This document shows, one piece after another, positions 38,102-46,412 of a DNA stretch of 64,000 nucleotides. The notes under the pieces are model-generated. The model ran no database searches, had not been told where the DNA came from, and was given only the letters and a program-made list of their open reading frames with translations. Numbering within the stretch: the stretch's first letter is position 1; the number at the start of each line of letters is the position of its first letter. The DNA is from Vulcanimicrobiales bacterium (GTDB lineage: Bacteria > Vulcanimicrobiota > Vulcanimicrobiia > Vulcanimicrobiales > Vulcanimicrobiaceae): positions 1 to 64,000 of the forward strand of contig JBBRLI010000014.1 in the NCBI GenBank assembly GCA_038231455.1, read 5' to 3'. The position numbers and the translations under genes are program-made.

Positions 38102-38707
38102 CTACTCGGCGGGGATCGCGCTTGCGTTGAGTGAGACCAGGCGCCACCTCACGCCGTCGCCGACGAAGCGGGTCACGCTTGCGGGATCGAAACGGACGTT
38201 GAGAGCCGCATCGTCCGGCTCGTGCAAGAGCGCCCGCACGAGCGCGTGCATGACGCCCGCATGGGCGACGATGAGGACGCGCTCGGGCGTATCGGCCGCG
38301 ATGCGTGCGATAAACGATTCGACGCGCGAGACGACCTGGTCGAACGATTCGCCGCCTTCGGGAGTAAGGTAGCGCGGTTTGGTTTCGTGCGCGCGATCGA
38401 GTTCCGGATATTTGGAGACGATCTCATCCCATGTGAGACCTTCCCACGCGCCGAATGCCATCTCGATGAGTTCGGCGGCGGTTTGCAGCGGCGGACCGGT
38501 GCGACCGGCGAGTACCGCGTGCGCGGTTTCTTGCGCGCGCGAGAGCGGGCTTGCATAGGCGCGATCGAAATCATCGCCCGCGAGAAAAACGGCGAGGGCC
38601 TGCGCTTGCGCGCGGCCCTCGTCGTCCAGCGGAATATCGGATCGACCCTGAAAGCGCCGCACGCTATTCCAAGGGGTGCGGCCGTGTCGAACGCAGACGA
38701 GTTCCAT
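38102..38707 (-). CDS. histidine phosphatase, probable alpha-ribazole-phosphate phosphatase (CobC-like)
   Basis: RHG motif, SPLSRA, FGAWEG and AHAG; directly upstream of cobT. Confidence 0.8.
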   Translation of the reverse strand: MELVCVRHGRTPWNSVRRFQGRSDIPLDDEGRAQAQALAVFLAGDDFDRAYASPLSRAQETAHAVLAGRTGPPLQTAAELIEMAFGAWEGLTWDEIVSKYPELDRAHETKPRYLTPEGGESFDQVVSRVESFIARIAADTPERVLIVAHAGVMHALVRALLHEPDDAALNVRFDPASVTRFVGDGVRWRLVSLNASAIPAE

Positions 38708-38719
38708 CGTCCGCCTTCA

Positions 38720-39304
38720 TCACTTCGGCAGGTTCGGTTTCCCTTCGTGCGCGATGAGCAAATCGTGCATGTCGCTGGCGTGCTCTTCCTCAACGATGAG
38801 GATTCCCTCGAGCATCGTCCGCGTGGCGGGATCTTTATCGCCGAAGTAGCGGATCAGTTCGCGATAGTGGTCGACGGCGATGCGCTCAGCGACGTAATTC
38901 TCACGAATCATATCGACCAGATTGTCGCCTTCGGAATACTGCGAGGCCGACCGTTTGGTGAGCGTGTCGGGGTTGAAATCGGGCGTTCCACCGAGCTGAT
39001 CGATGCGCTCGGCAACCGCCATCATATGGACTTGCTCTTCTTTTGCATGCTGTGCGAATTCGTCCTTAACGCCTTCGCTCGAGATGCCGGTTGCTGCAAT
39101 CGAGTGCATCGTGTAGCGCAACACGCAAACAATCTCGGTTGCGAGAACCGCTTGCAAGATTTCAATGGTTTGTTTGACATCCATCGCGTAGGTGTCGGTG
39201 ACGTTGCCCGTGGTCAGATGCTTGCGGGCGCGGTCGCGAAGCGTTTTCACGTCGCTGAGAAACGGCTGTTTTGCCGCGCTGTTGGTGGTCGTTGTGGCAG
39301 CCAA
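38720..39304 (-). CDS. ferritin-like/bacterioferritin-family protein
   Basis: ATEIVCVLRY, EEQVH, ERIDQLGG, AERIA and EEEH ferroxidase-type motifs. Confidence 0.88.
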   Translation of the reverse strand: MAATTTTNSAAKQPFLSDVKTLRDRARKHLTTGNVTDTYAMDVKQTIEILQAVLATEIVCVLRYTMHSIAATGISSEGVKDEFAQHAKEEQVHMMAVAERIDQLGGTPDFNPDTLTKRSASQYSEGDNLVDMIRENYVAERIAVDHYRELIRYFGDKDPATRTMLEGILIVEEEHASDMHDLLIAHEGKPNLPK

Positions 39305-39337
39305 AAAAATACTCCCGTCGGTGCGTACGAGGTATCT

Positions 39338-39363
39338 CTACCCGCCCGTTCGCGTGCTAAAAC
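39338..39363 (-). promoter_or_regulatory. putative SigB/SigF-type stress promoter of the ferritin-like gene
   Basis: Minus strand GTTTTA-N14-GGGTAG. Confidence 0.5.
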
Positions 39364-40091
39364 ACCGCCCGGTCCGGCACGATGATGTACCCCTCGGCGA
39401 GGTCGCCGAACACGCGAGCGTGGGGCGGCGCGCTCCCCCAGCGCCACAAAAACGCGGCGATGTAGGCGCAGCTCAACGCATCGAGCGTGTCGTCCCAACG
39501 TTTGTAGCCCCGCATTCCTACCCGATCGGGAACCCGCTCGTCCAGCACGAGCGGCGGATCGGCGGTCGCGAGCGTTGCAAGGGCGGCACGATACCGCTCC
39601 CATTCGGCGAGAACATCCGGCCAGGGTCGCGCCTTCTTCTTATACTTGAAGATACCGGGTAGATCGAAGAGCCGCACGTGGGCCGGGTGCGGGAAGACCT
39701 CAACGGCGATCGTGCGCGGGTCGCGCGGGGCGATCTGCGTGGTTTCGACTACGCCCTCGGCGGCAAGTTCGCTGATGAAGCGTGCCGCCCGACCGCCGTC
39801 TGGGAAGCGCCCAAGATTGGCCGGGTGCGGCCCCGCGCCAAACCGGCCGAAGACGGATCGTAACTCGTTTTCCGCGCGGCGGGCACCACCCGGATTACGG
39901 ACGATCGTCGGCATATCGATCCCGATCACCCCGCGATTGCCTCGCCAGGCGCGAATCCACGCCAGCACCTCGGCGTCCGAACGCAAATCGGCCCGCACAT
40001 CAAGGATCGAGCCCGTTTCGTCGATTGCCGCGAGACCCGATGGATTGCGATCGGACCAGGCGAGGTCCAATCCGAGAAAGCGAGAGATCAC
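39357..40091 (-). CDS. DUF429 (RNase H-like fold) protein
   Basis: FLGLDLAW, GIDMP, R.AE, EVFPHPA and DTLDALSCA. Confidence 0.8.
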   Translation of the reverse strand: MISRFLGLDLAWSDRNPSGLAAIDETGSILDVRADLRSDAEVLAWIRAWRGNRGVIGIDMPTIVRNPGGARRAENELRSVFGRFGAGPHPANLGRFPDGGRAARFISELAAEGVVETTQIAPRDPRTIAVEVFPHPAHVRLFDLPGIFKYKKKARPWPDVLAEWERYRAALATLATADPPLVLDERVPDRVGMRGYKRWDDTLDALSCAYIAAFLWRWGSAPPHARVFGDLAEGYIIVPDRAVF

Positions 40092-40145
40092 GATATGGTC
40101 GTTCGTCGTGGGGACAAGCGAACCGTTGGCGAAGGCGAATCGTTA

Positions 40146-42497
40146 ATGGGGTTGTTACCCACGACCGGCTTACCGACCGATGCCGAACGACTGCGTATTA
40201 TTTATGCCATTCAGCGGATGCTTTCAGCAGCCGATGAAGAGGCTACGCTCGTTCGCGAAGCCTGCGAAGTTCTCGCCAGTTCCGGCCTCTATCTGATGGT
40301 CGGTATCGGCGTTGCCGAACCCGACGGTTCCGTTCGCACGATCGCCTCCTCAAGCAGCACGCACGACCTCTTCGCGGCCGAGAGCCTCCACGCACGGTGG
40401 GATGCAACGCCGCTGGGCAACGGCGTGATCGGCCAAGCGATCCGGACCGGCTTGCCCACCACCATGCCGACGAGCGACAACGCGTGGGATCCCTGGCGCG
40501 CGAGCGCCGGTCACCTTGTCCGAGCAGTCGCCGCGTTTCCGTTCGGACTCGACGATACCGTCGGCGTCGTCATCGTTCAAAGTACGGCCGGGAAATTTTT
40601 GAGCGAAGAGATCGAATTGATCTCCGGCCTCGCGCACGACATCGGACGCACGCTCGAAAATCTGCGCATGCGAATCGTGATCGCTGCCGAACGCGACCGC
40701 GCGCGTCGCAGCGAAGAGCGTCTGGCCGCGCTTTGGAAGCTCACGATTACGCGCGATTTTGACCTCGATTCGCAGGCGCAGGCGATCATCTTCGAGGGCG
40801 TTACCACGCTCGGTTTTGATTGGGGGACGATCGGGCGCGTCGAGGGCGAGACGCTCTTCCTCGATTTCGTCGTCAACGAATTCGAGCGCCCACGCGCGGG
40901 CGAGGCGATTCCCCTCTCAACCGCGCTCAGCGGCGATGCGATCGCCGCGGGTCGCACGGTGATCTGGGACGACCTGCGCAGTGAATCGCGCCACCGCGAC
41001 GCCGTCCCCGTGATCGAGCGCGGGCTGCGCGCGTTTACCGCAACACCGTTCTATGTGAACGGGCGGCTGTACGTCCTCAACTTCGGCGCCAACAACCGCA
41101 CGCGCCGTCCGCTCATCGACGACGACCGCTCGTACATCGATTTACTCGTCGCGTTTTTCTCGCGCGCGTTGCAGCGGCGCGACGACGAAGCCCAGATTCG
41201 CTACCTGCGCAATCACGATCCGCTCACGGGCCTCCCCAATCGCGAACGCTTTCTCGAGCGCCTCGACGCGCATATCGAGCGCGCGCAGCGATCCCACAGC
41301 CGCTTCGCCCTCTTTAATCTCGACGTCGATCGCTTTCGCGCGACGATCGAAGATTACGGCGCGCAGTTCGCCGATGAGGTCATCGCTGAGCTCGGCCGAC
41401 GGCTCTCCAAACTCATGCTCGAGGGTCAAGAACTTTTCCGCAATAGCGGCGACTCGTTTACGATCCTCTTCCCGGAGTTGGACGCACCCGAGCAAGCCGA
41501 CGCGCTCGCGCGCGTCGCCGTGGAAGCCGTCGCGACCCCGCTGCATGCCGGCGAACACGAAATCAAGATTTCGGCAAGCGTCGGCATGGCGCTGTATCCC
41601 GACGACGGGACGAGTTCGCACGCACTCACGATGGCCGCCGCAACCGCGCTTACCCGCGCGAAACGCGACCATTCGCGTGACTATCGCTTCTTCTCGCGCG
41701 ACCTCGACGATCGGCTGAGTCGCCGCCGCCGACTCATCGACGAACTCCAAGGCGCCGGCGCTCGCGGCGAATTCGTCCTCCACTATCAACCGTGGATCGA
41801 TCTCTCCGACTACGGCGTGGGCGGGTGCGAGGCGCTCGTGCGCTGGGAACATCCGCGCCTGGGACTGGTCGAACCCGATGATTTTATCACGCTTGCAGAA
41901 GAAACCGACCTGATCCATGAAGTCGGGCGGTGGGTGTTCGCGCAAGCAGCACGCACCGCGGCCGCCTCGGCGCAGAGTGGAACGCCGCTCGTCATCGCGA
42001 TCAATCTCTCCGCACGTCAATTCACCAACCCCGAACTGATCGGCGAACTCAAAGATGCAATCAACGCATCGGGCGCCGACCCGCACACACTCGAAGTCGA
42101 AGTAACTGAAAGCTTCACGATGCGCGATCCGATGCGCGCTGCAGCCGTCCTGACGAGCTTGCGCGAAATGGGACTACGGATCGCCCTCGATGATTTCGGC
42201 ATCGGGCACTCGTCGCTTGGTTATCTCAAACATTTGCCGGTGGATATCATCAAGATCGACCGCAGCTTTGTAAACGGCATTCCGCGTGAAGCGGCGGACG
42301 CAGCGATCGCGCGCGCCGTGATCGCCCTGGCACAATCGATCCGCTGCGAGGCGCGCGCCGAAGGCGTCGAGAGCCACGATCAGGCGCTGTGGCTAGCGGC
42401 CGCCGGCTGTCGGACGGCGCAGGGCTTCTGGATTTCGCGTCCGCTCCCGCAAGCAGATTTACAAGACTGGCTTCGCGAACGCAAGACGCGCGTATGA
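40146..42497 (+). CDS. GAF-GAF-GGDEF(degenerate)-EAL protein, probable c-di-GMP phosphodiesterase
   Basis: HDPLTGLPNR; GGDEF replaced by SGDSF; EAL and DDFGIGHSS present; start set at ATG 40146. Confidence 0.9.
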   Translation: MGLLPTTGLPTDAERLRIIYAIQRMLSAADEEATLVREACEVLASSGLYLMVGIGVAEPDGSVRTIASSSSTHDLFAAESLHARWDATPLGNGVIGQAIRTGLPTTMPTSDNAWDPWRASAGHLVRAVAAFPFGLDDTVGVVIVQSTAGKFLSEEIELISGLAHDIGRTLENLRMRIVIAAERDRARRSEERLAALWKLTITRDFDLDSQAQAIIFEGVTTLGFDWGTIGRVEGETLFLDFVVNEFERPRAGEAIPLSTALSGDAIAAGRTVIWDDLRSESRHRDAVPVIERGLRAFTATPFYVNGRLYVLNFGANNRTRRPLIDDDRSYIDLLVAFFSRALQRRDDEAQIRYLRNHDPLTGLPNRERFLERLDAHIERAQRSHSRFALFNLDVDRFRATIEDYGAQFADEVIAELGRRLSKLMLEGQELFRNSGDSFTILFPELDAPEQADALARVAVEAVATPLHAGEHEIKISASVGMALYPDDGTSSHALTMAAATALTRAKRDHSRDYRFFSRDLDDRLSRRRRLIDELQGAGARGEFVLHYQPWIDLSDYGVGGCEALVRWEHPRLGLVEPDDFITLAEETDLIHEVGRWVFAQAARTAAASAQSGTPLVIAINLSARQFTNPELIGELKDAINASGADPHTLEVEVTESFTMRDPMRAAAVLTSLREMGLRIALDDFGIGHSSLGYLKHLPVDIIKIDRSFVNGIPREAADAAIARAVIALAQSIRCEARAEGVESHDQALWLAAAGCRTAQGFWISRPLPQADLQDWLRERKTRV

Positions 42498-43354
42498 GCG
42501 ATTCACGACTTTCGGTACGGAAAATGTACAAGCTCTTCATTAACGGCGCATTCGTGCGGAGCGAGTCCGCTCGCAGCGAGCCGAAAGGCGGCGCCAACGT
42601 CGCGCGCGCATCGCGCAAAGATGCGCGCGACGCCGTCGTTGCCGCGCGCACGGCGACTGCGAAGTGGGCCGATGCTACGCCGGCCCTGCGCGGCCTCGTG
42701 CTCTATCGATTAGCCGAAATGATGGAAGGTCGGCGCGCGGAACTCGCCGCGTCGCTCACACGTGGTGGAACGGTCGATGCAAAGGATGCCGAGCGCGAAG
42801 TCACCGCCGCAATCGATCGCGTGGTGTGGTACGCGGGCTGGTGCGATAAGTATTTAGCGCTTGCATCGACGCGCAATCCGGTTGGCGGCCCGCACTTCAA
42901 CTTTTCAACGCCCGAGCCGACCGGAATTGTGGCGCTGCTCGCACCCGATGAGCCCGCGCTCTTAGGCCTCGTCTCACTCGCACTTCCGGCGCTTGTGAGC
43001 GGCAACGCCGTGATCGCGGTTGCATCCGAGACCGATCCGTGCACACCGGTGGTGTTTGCGGAATGTGTCGCAACGAGCGATCTTCCGGCGGGTGCGTTCA
43101 ATCTGCTCACCGGTCTACGTACGGAAATCGCCCCGCATCTCGCCGGACACATGGACGTCAACGCGTTTGCTGCCGTCGACCTTGACATCGCCTTTGAGAC
43201 GGCGCTCGGCGTTGCGGCCTCAGAAAATGTCAAACGAACGCACTTCGAGCGAGTTGGGAAACGAAAAGCCTGGTTCAGCGAAAAATTCGACGATCTCGAG
43301 CGGATTCTCGCCTTCACCGAACTCAAAACGATCTGGCACCCCGCGAAGATTTAG
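42494..43354 (+). CDS. short aldehyde-dehydrogenase-family protein (Rossmann domain only)
   Basis: RLSVRKMYKLFINGAFVRSES, RKDARDAV and WYAGWCDK; no ELGGK or catalytic Cys segment; ATGA overlap with upstream gene. Confidence 0.85.
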   Translation: MSDSRLSVRKMYKLFINGAFVRSESARSEPKGGANVARASRKDARDAVVAARTATAKWADATPALRGLVLYRLAEMMEGRRAELAASLTRGGTVDAKDAEREVTAAIDRVVWYAGWCDKYLALASTRNPVGGPHFNFSTPEPTGIVALLAPDEPALLGLVSLALPALVSGNAVIAVASETDPCTPVVFAECVATSDLPAGAFNLLTGLRTEIAPHLAGHMDVNAFAAVDLDIAFETALGVAASENVKRTHFERVGKRKAWFSEKFDDLERILAFTELKTIWHPAKI

Positions 43355-43355
43355 G

Positions 43356-43931
43356 ATGAAGCGCAAGTCCGCGAGCCGCGACATCGTCGCGTGCGCGCAA
43401 GAGCTTTGGGATTTGCGATTGGTCACGGGATCGAGCGGCAACATCAGCGTCAAACTCGACGACGGCTCGATTCTGATCACCCCAACCGGTCGCTCTTTTC
43501 GCAAACTCGAGCCGGAAGAACTCGTGCGCATCGACGCCGCGACGGGCGAGTCGTTCGATGTCGCGAGGCGCCCGTCTTCGGAATTTCCGCTGCACCTGGC
43601 GGCGTATCGCGCGCGGCCGGACATCACGCTCGTCGTCCACACCCACCCGACGCATTGCGTCGTGTGGTCGGGAACCGGCCGCCTCTTCCCGCGCGATACG
43701 GTCGCATCGACGGAGTCGCTTGCCACGATGGTGTGGGTTGATTTCCATCCCTCCGGCAGCATCGCGCTCGCTGAGGCAACGAGCGCAGCGCTTGCGGGCG
43801 GGGCGCCGCTGGCGCTCTTGGGCAAGCACGGTCTCATCGCCGTCGGCACGAGCTTCGATGAGGCCCTGGTTCAGACCGATCTTGCCGAAGAATGCGCGCG
43901 CGTCGCCTACCTCGCCCGCGCGATGGGATAA
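43356..43931 (+). CDS. class II aldolase/adducin family protein
   Basis: SGNIS, ITPTG, PSSEFPLH, VVHTH and HG; start ATG 43356. Confidence 0.9.
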   Translation: MKRKSASRDIVACAQELWDLRLVTGSSGNISVKLDDGSILITPTGRSFRKLEPEELVRIDAATGESFDVARRPSSEFPLHLAAYRARPDITLVVHTHPTHCVVWSGTGRLFPRDTVASTESLATMVWVDFHPSGSIALAEATSAALAGGAPLALLGKHGLIAVGTSFDEALVQTDLAEECARVAYLARAMG

Positions 43932-43971
43932 CGGCACTCAAGCGCGGAATGGTCGGCGGGGCCCTCACCGT

Positions 43972-44058
43972 GGAGAGGTGGCAGAGTGGTCGAATGCACT
44001 CGCTTGGAAAGCGAGCAGACTGTAAAAGGTCTCGGGAGTTCGAATCTCCCCCTCTCCG
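43972..44058 (+). tRNA. tRNA-Ser(GGA)
   Basis: Acceptor GGAGAGG/CCTCTCC, anticodon arm CTCGC-TT-GGA-AA-GCGAG, long variable arm, T-loop TTCGAAT. Confidence 0.96.
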
Positions 44059-44062
44059 AATC

Positions 44063-44084
44063 GCCCGGCTGCGCCGGGCTTTTT
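44063..44084 (+). terminator. intrinsic terminator after tRNA-Ser
   Basis: GCCCGGC-TGC-GCCGGGC hairpin followed by a T run. Confidence 0.7.
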
Positions 44085-44110
44085 CGTTTTCGGAACCGAA
44101 CGCCGCCTCG

Positions 44111-44608
44111 ATGTCACCCGAGCGCATTCGCGATGCAATCACCGACGATCTCGGCGAGATCGCACGCATCTGGAACGAAGGCATCCTCGACCGGGTCGCG
44201 ACGCTCGACGAAGATCCCAAAGACGCCGCAGACGTGGCGCAATGGTTCGCGGAACACGGCGGGCGTTACGCCGTGCTCGTCGCCGAATCGGCCGACGGGC
44301 GGCTCGTCGGTTGGTGCTCGCTCAATCGGTATTCACATCGCTGCGCGTACGACGGAGTTGCGGATCGCTCGATCTATATCGAGCGATCCGCGCGTGGCCG
44401 CGGGATTGGGACGCTACTCCTTAGCGCATTGGAAGCGCGCGCAAGCAGCGCCGACTTTCGCAAAATCGTGCTCTTTGCGCTTGCGACAAATGCGGCTGGC
44501 GCGGCGCTCTATCGCAAAGGTGGCTATCGTGAAGTTGGGATTTTTCGCGAGCAAGGCCGACTCGACGGCGTTCCAACCGACGTTCTTGCAATGGAGAAAA
44601 TGCTCTAA
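44111..44608 (+). CDS. GNAT N-acetyltransferase, ArsN1/phosphinothricin acetyltransferase-like
   Basis: NEGILDRVATL, GWCSLN, AYDGVAD, RGRGIG and REVGIFREQG.LDG...D...MEK. Confidence 0.8.
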   Translation: MSPERIRDAITDDLGEIARIWNEGILDRVATLDEDPKDAADVAQWFAEHGGRYAVLVAESADGRLVGWCSLNRYSHRCAYDGVADRSIYIERSARGRGIGTLLLSALEARASSADFRKIVLFALATNAAGAALYRKGGYREVGIFREQGRLDGVPTDVLAMEKML

Positions 44609-45183
44609 ACGCGGCCGCCACCGGCTCGAAAACCCGTCCGTACGCGATAACGCACGTAGAGTACTTCGGAGCCGAGACGGTGCGTCTCGAGGAGTTCGAG
44701 ATTCGGTCGAACCACGGCTCGGAACGCGGGCTTCCCGCCGCCGACGATCACCGGGTGGAGAAAGAGATGGCACTCATCGACGAGGTCAGCTTCGAGGGCA
44801 CATCCGGCAAGCTCGGCGCCGCCGATGCTGATGTCATGCGCGGACTCGCGCTTGAGCGTTCGAATCGCCTCGACTTCGAAGTCCCGCTCGATGCGGGCGT
44901 TGGGTGCCGTCGCGCGCTCGAGCGTTCGTGAAAAGACTATCTTCTCAGACGTCTGCCAAATGCGTGCGAAGTCGCGATGTTCGGCTGGATAGCTCTTCAT
45001 CGGCGCGCCCCAGAAGGCCATCGTCTCATAGAGACGCCGCCCGTAAAGGATGGTACCAATCGGCCGCACGAGCTCGGTGATGAACGCGAAGACACGATCG
45101 GGATGAACCCAATCGAAGGCACCTGTTTCGTCCTCCACGTAACCGTCGAGCGACGTATTTATAACGTACATTAGCTTTGCCAT
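44605..45183 (-). CDS. dihydrofolate reductase-like (RibD C-terminal) protein
   Basis: SLDGY, GRRLYE, KIVFSRTL, GGAELA and LVDE...PVIVGGG. Confidence 0.88.
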   Translation of the reverse strand: MAKLMYVINTSLDGYVEDETGAFDWVHPDRVFAFITELVRPIGTILYGRRLYETMAFWGAPMKSYPAEHRDFARIWQTSEKIVFSRTLERATAPNARIERDFEVEAIRTLKRESAHDISIGGAELAGCALEADLVDECHLFLHPVIVGGGKPAFRAVVRPNLELLETHRLGSEVLYVRYRVRTGFRAGGGRV

Positions 45184-45201
45184 TCGTTTTGCTCGACTCG
45201 C

Positions 45202-46359
45202 CTACGGCGTACGCAAAAGAGGCGCGACGCGTTCGTAGGGAAGAGCAAAGAACGTCAGGCCGTTCGCGCCGGTCGTCGTCACGGCGCTGAAGAGCGCATC
45301 GTCGATCGCCGATTCGACCGCGTCGGCGGTCGCTGCATAGAGCGCGTCGATGTGTGACTCGTCGTCCTCGAGTGCGGGTTGGGAGATGGTTCCCTCGCGC
45401 GGATAGACGTGCGTCGTGCTGAACGCAAGAAACAGATCCCCACTCGATACGTGCGAGGTGGCGCCGGTGCGCGCGAGCCCGAGCGCCGCACGTTTTGCGA
45501 CATCGCGCAGATGACGCGCGTCGAGCGGAGCGTCCGTCGCGATAACGATGATGATACTGCCGTCGCTTGCGCGACCTCGAGTCGGTGCACGATACGCAGC
45601 GCGTTTTGGCAAACTCGGCAAGAGTTCGTTTGCGAGTGCGCGTCCAACGTGGACGCCGCCGATCGTCAGCTCGGCGCGCGAGCCCGTATTAGCGTTCACC
45701 AAGACGCCGACGGTATATCCGCCGAACGTGGCCGGGAGCACGCGCGATGACGAGCCAATTCCCGATTTGAAGCCGAAGGCGCGCATGCCGGTACCTGCGC
45801 CGACGGCGCCGCGCGGAAAATCACCGGCGCGTGCGCCATCGAGCATCGTGACGACATCGGTTTCACTCACGTGTCGTCCTTGGATGTCGCTAAGGCCTTG
45901 GTCGTCGCACTCCGCAACGGTCGGCAACGGAACGTCATCGCTCACGCCGATTCCGGGCCAGCGTTTGATCATCCAGGAAACGACGCCATTATCGACGCGC
46001 CCGACGTTGAGCGTATTTGTTAGCACGACCGGCGTCTCGAGAAAGCCCGACTCGTCGATCCAGTGCGTGCCCGTCATTTCTCCGTTTCCGTTGAGATCGA
46101 AGGTCGCTGCGGCGGGTCGCTTGTTCCACACATCGGCACTCGGAACGATCGCCGTTGCTCCGGTTCGCACCGGACCGACTCCGGGGATGAGCTTCCCCTC
46201 GCCCGAGAACTTCGTGACGTGGCCGACCAGGACGCCCGGGACATCGGTGATCGCGTCGTTCGCGCCGAGGGCAAACGTCCCAACGGGAATCGGTGAGCGG
46301 GCTCCGACGGGAGCCGCGCAGAGTCCGATTGACGCAAGCAACGCGAGGATCTTCTTCAT
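45202..46359 (-). CDS. DmpA/P1 (S58) aminopeptidase with signal peptide
   Basis: AITDVPGVLVGH, NGNGEMTG, GAVGAGTG, KSGIGSSSR, DGSIII and SGDLF. Confidence 0.88.
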   Translation of the reverse strand: MKKILALLASIGLCAAPVGARSPIPVGTFALGANDAITDVPGVLVGHVTKFSGEGKLIPGVGPVRTGATAIVPSADVWNKRPAAATFDLNGNGEMTGTHWIDESGFLETPVVLTNTLNVGRVDNGVVSWMIKRWPGIGVSDDVPLPTVAECDDQGLSDIQGRHVSETDVVTMLDGARAGDFPRGAVGAGTGMRAFGFKSGIGSSSRVLPATFGGYTVGVLVNANTGSRAELTIGGVHVGRALANELLPSLPKRAAYRAPTRGRASDGSIIIVIATDAPLDARHLRDVAKRAALGLARTGATSHVSSGDLFLAFSTTHVYPREGTISQPALEDDESHIDALYAATADAVESAIDDALFSAVTTTGANGLTFFALPYERVAPLLRTP

Positions 46360-46412
46360 CCGCGCGCGGTTCGCGGCGCCATCGCAAGAAGCCCGCGCTC
46401 GCAGCGTTCCCG

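Noticed and set aside
39357-40091. DUF429 nuclease-like protein as an antiphage system
   Set aside because: Solitary gene among housekeeping genes with no defence-associated partners.
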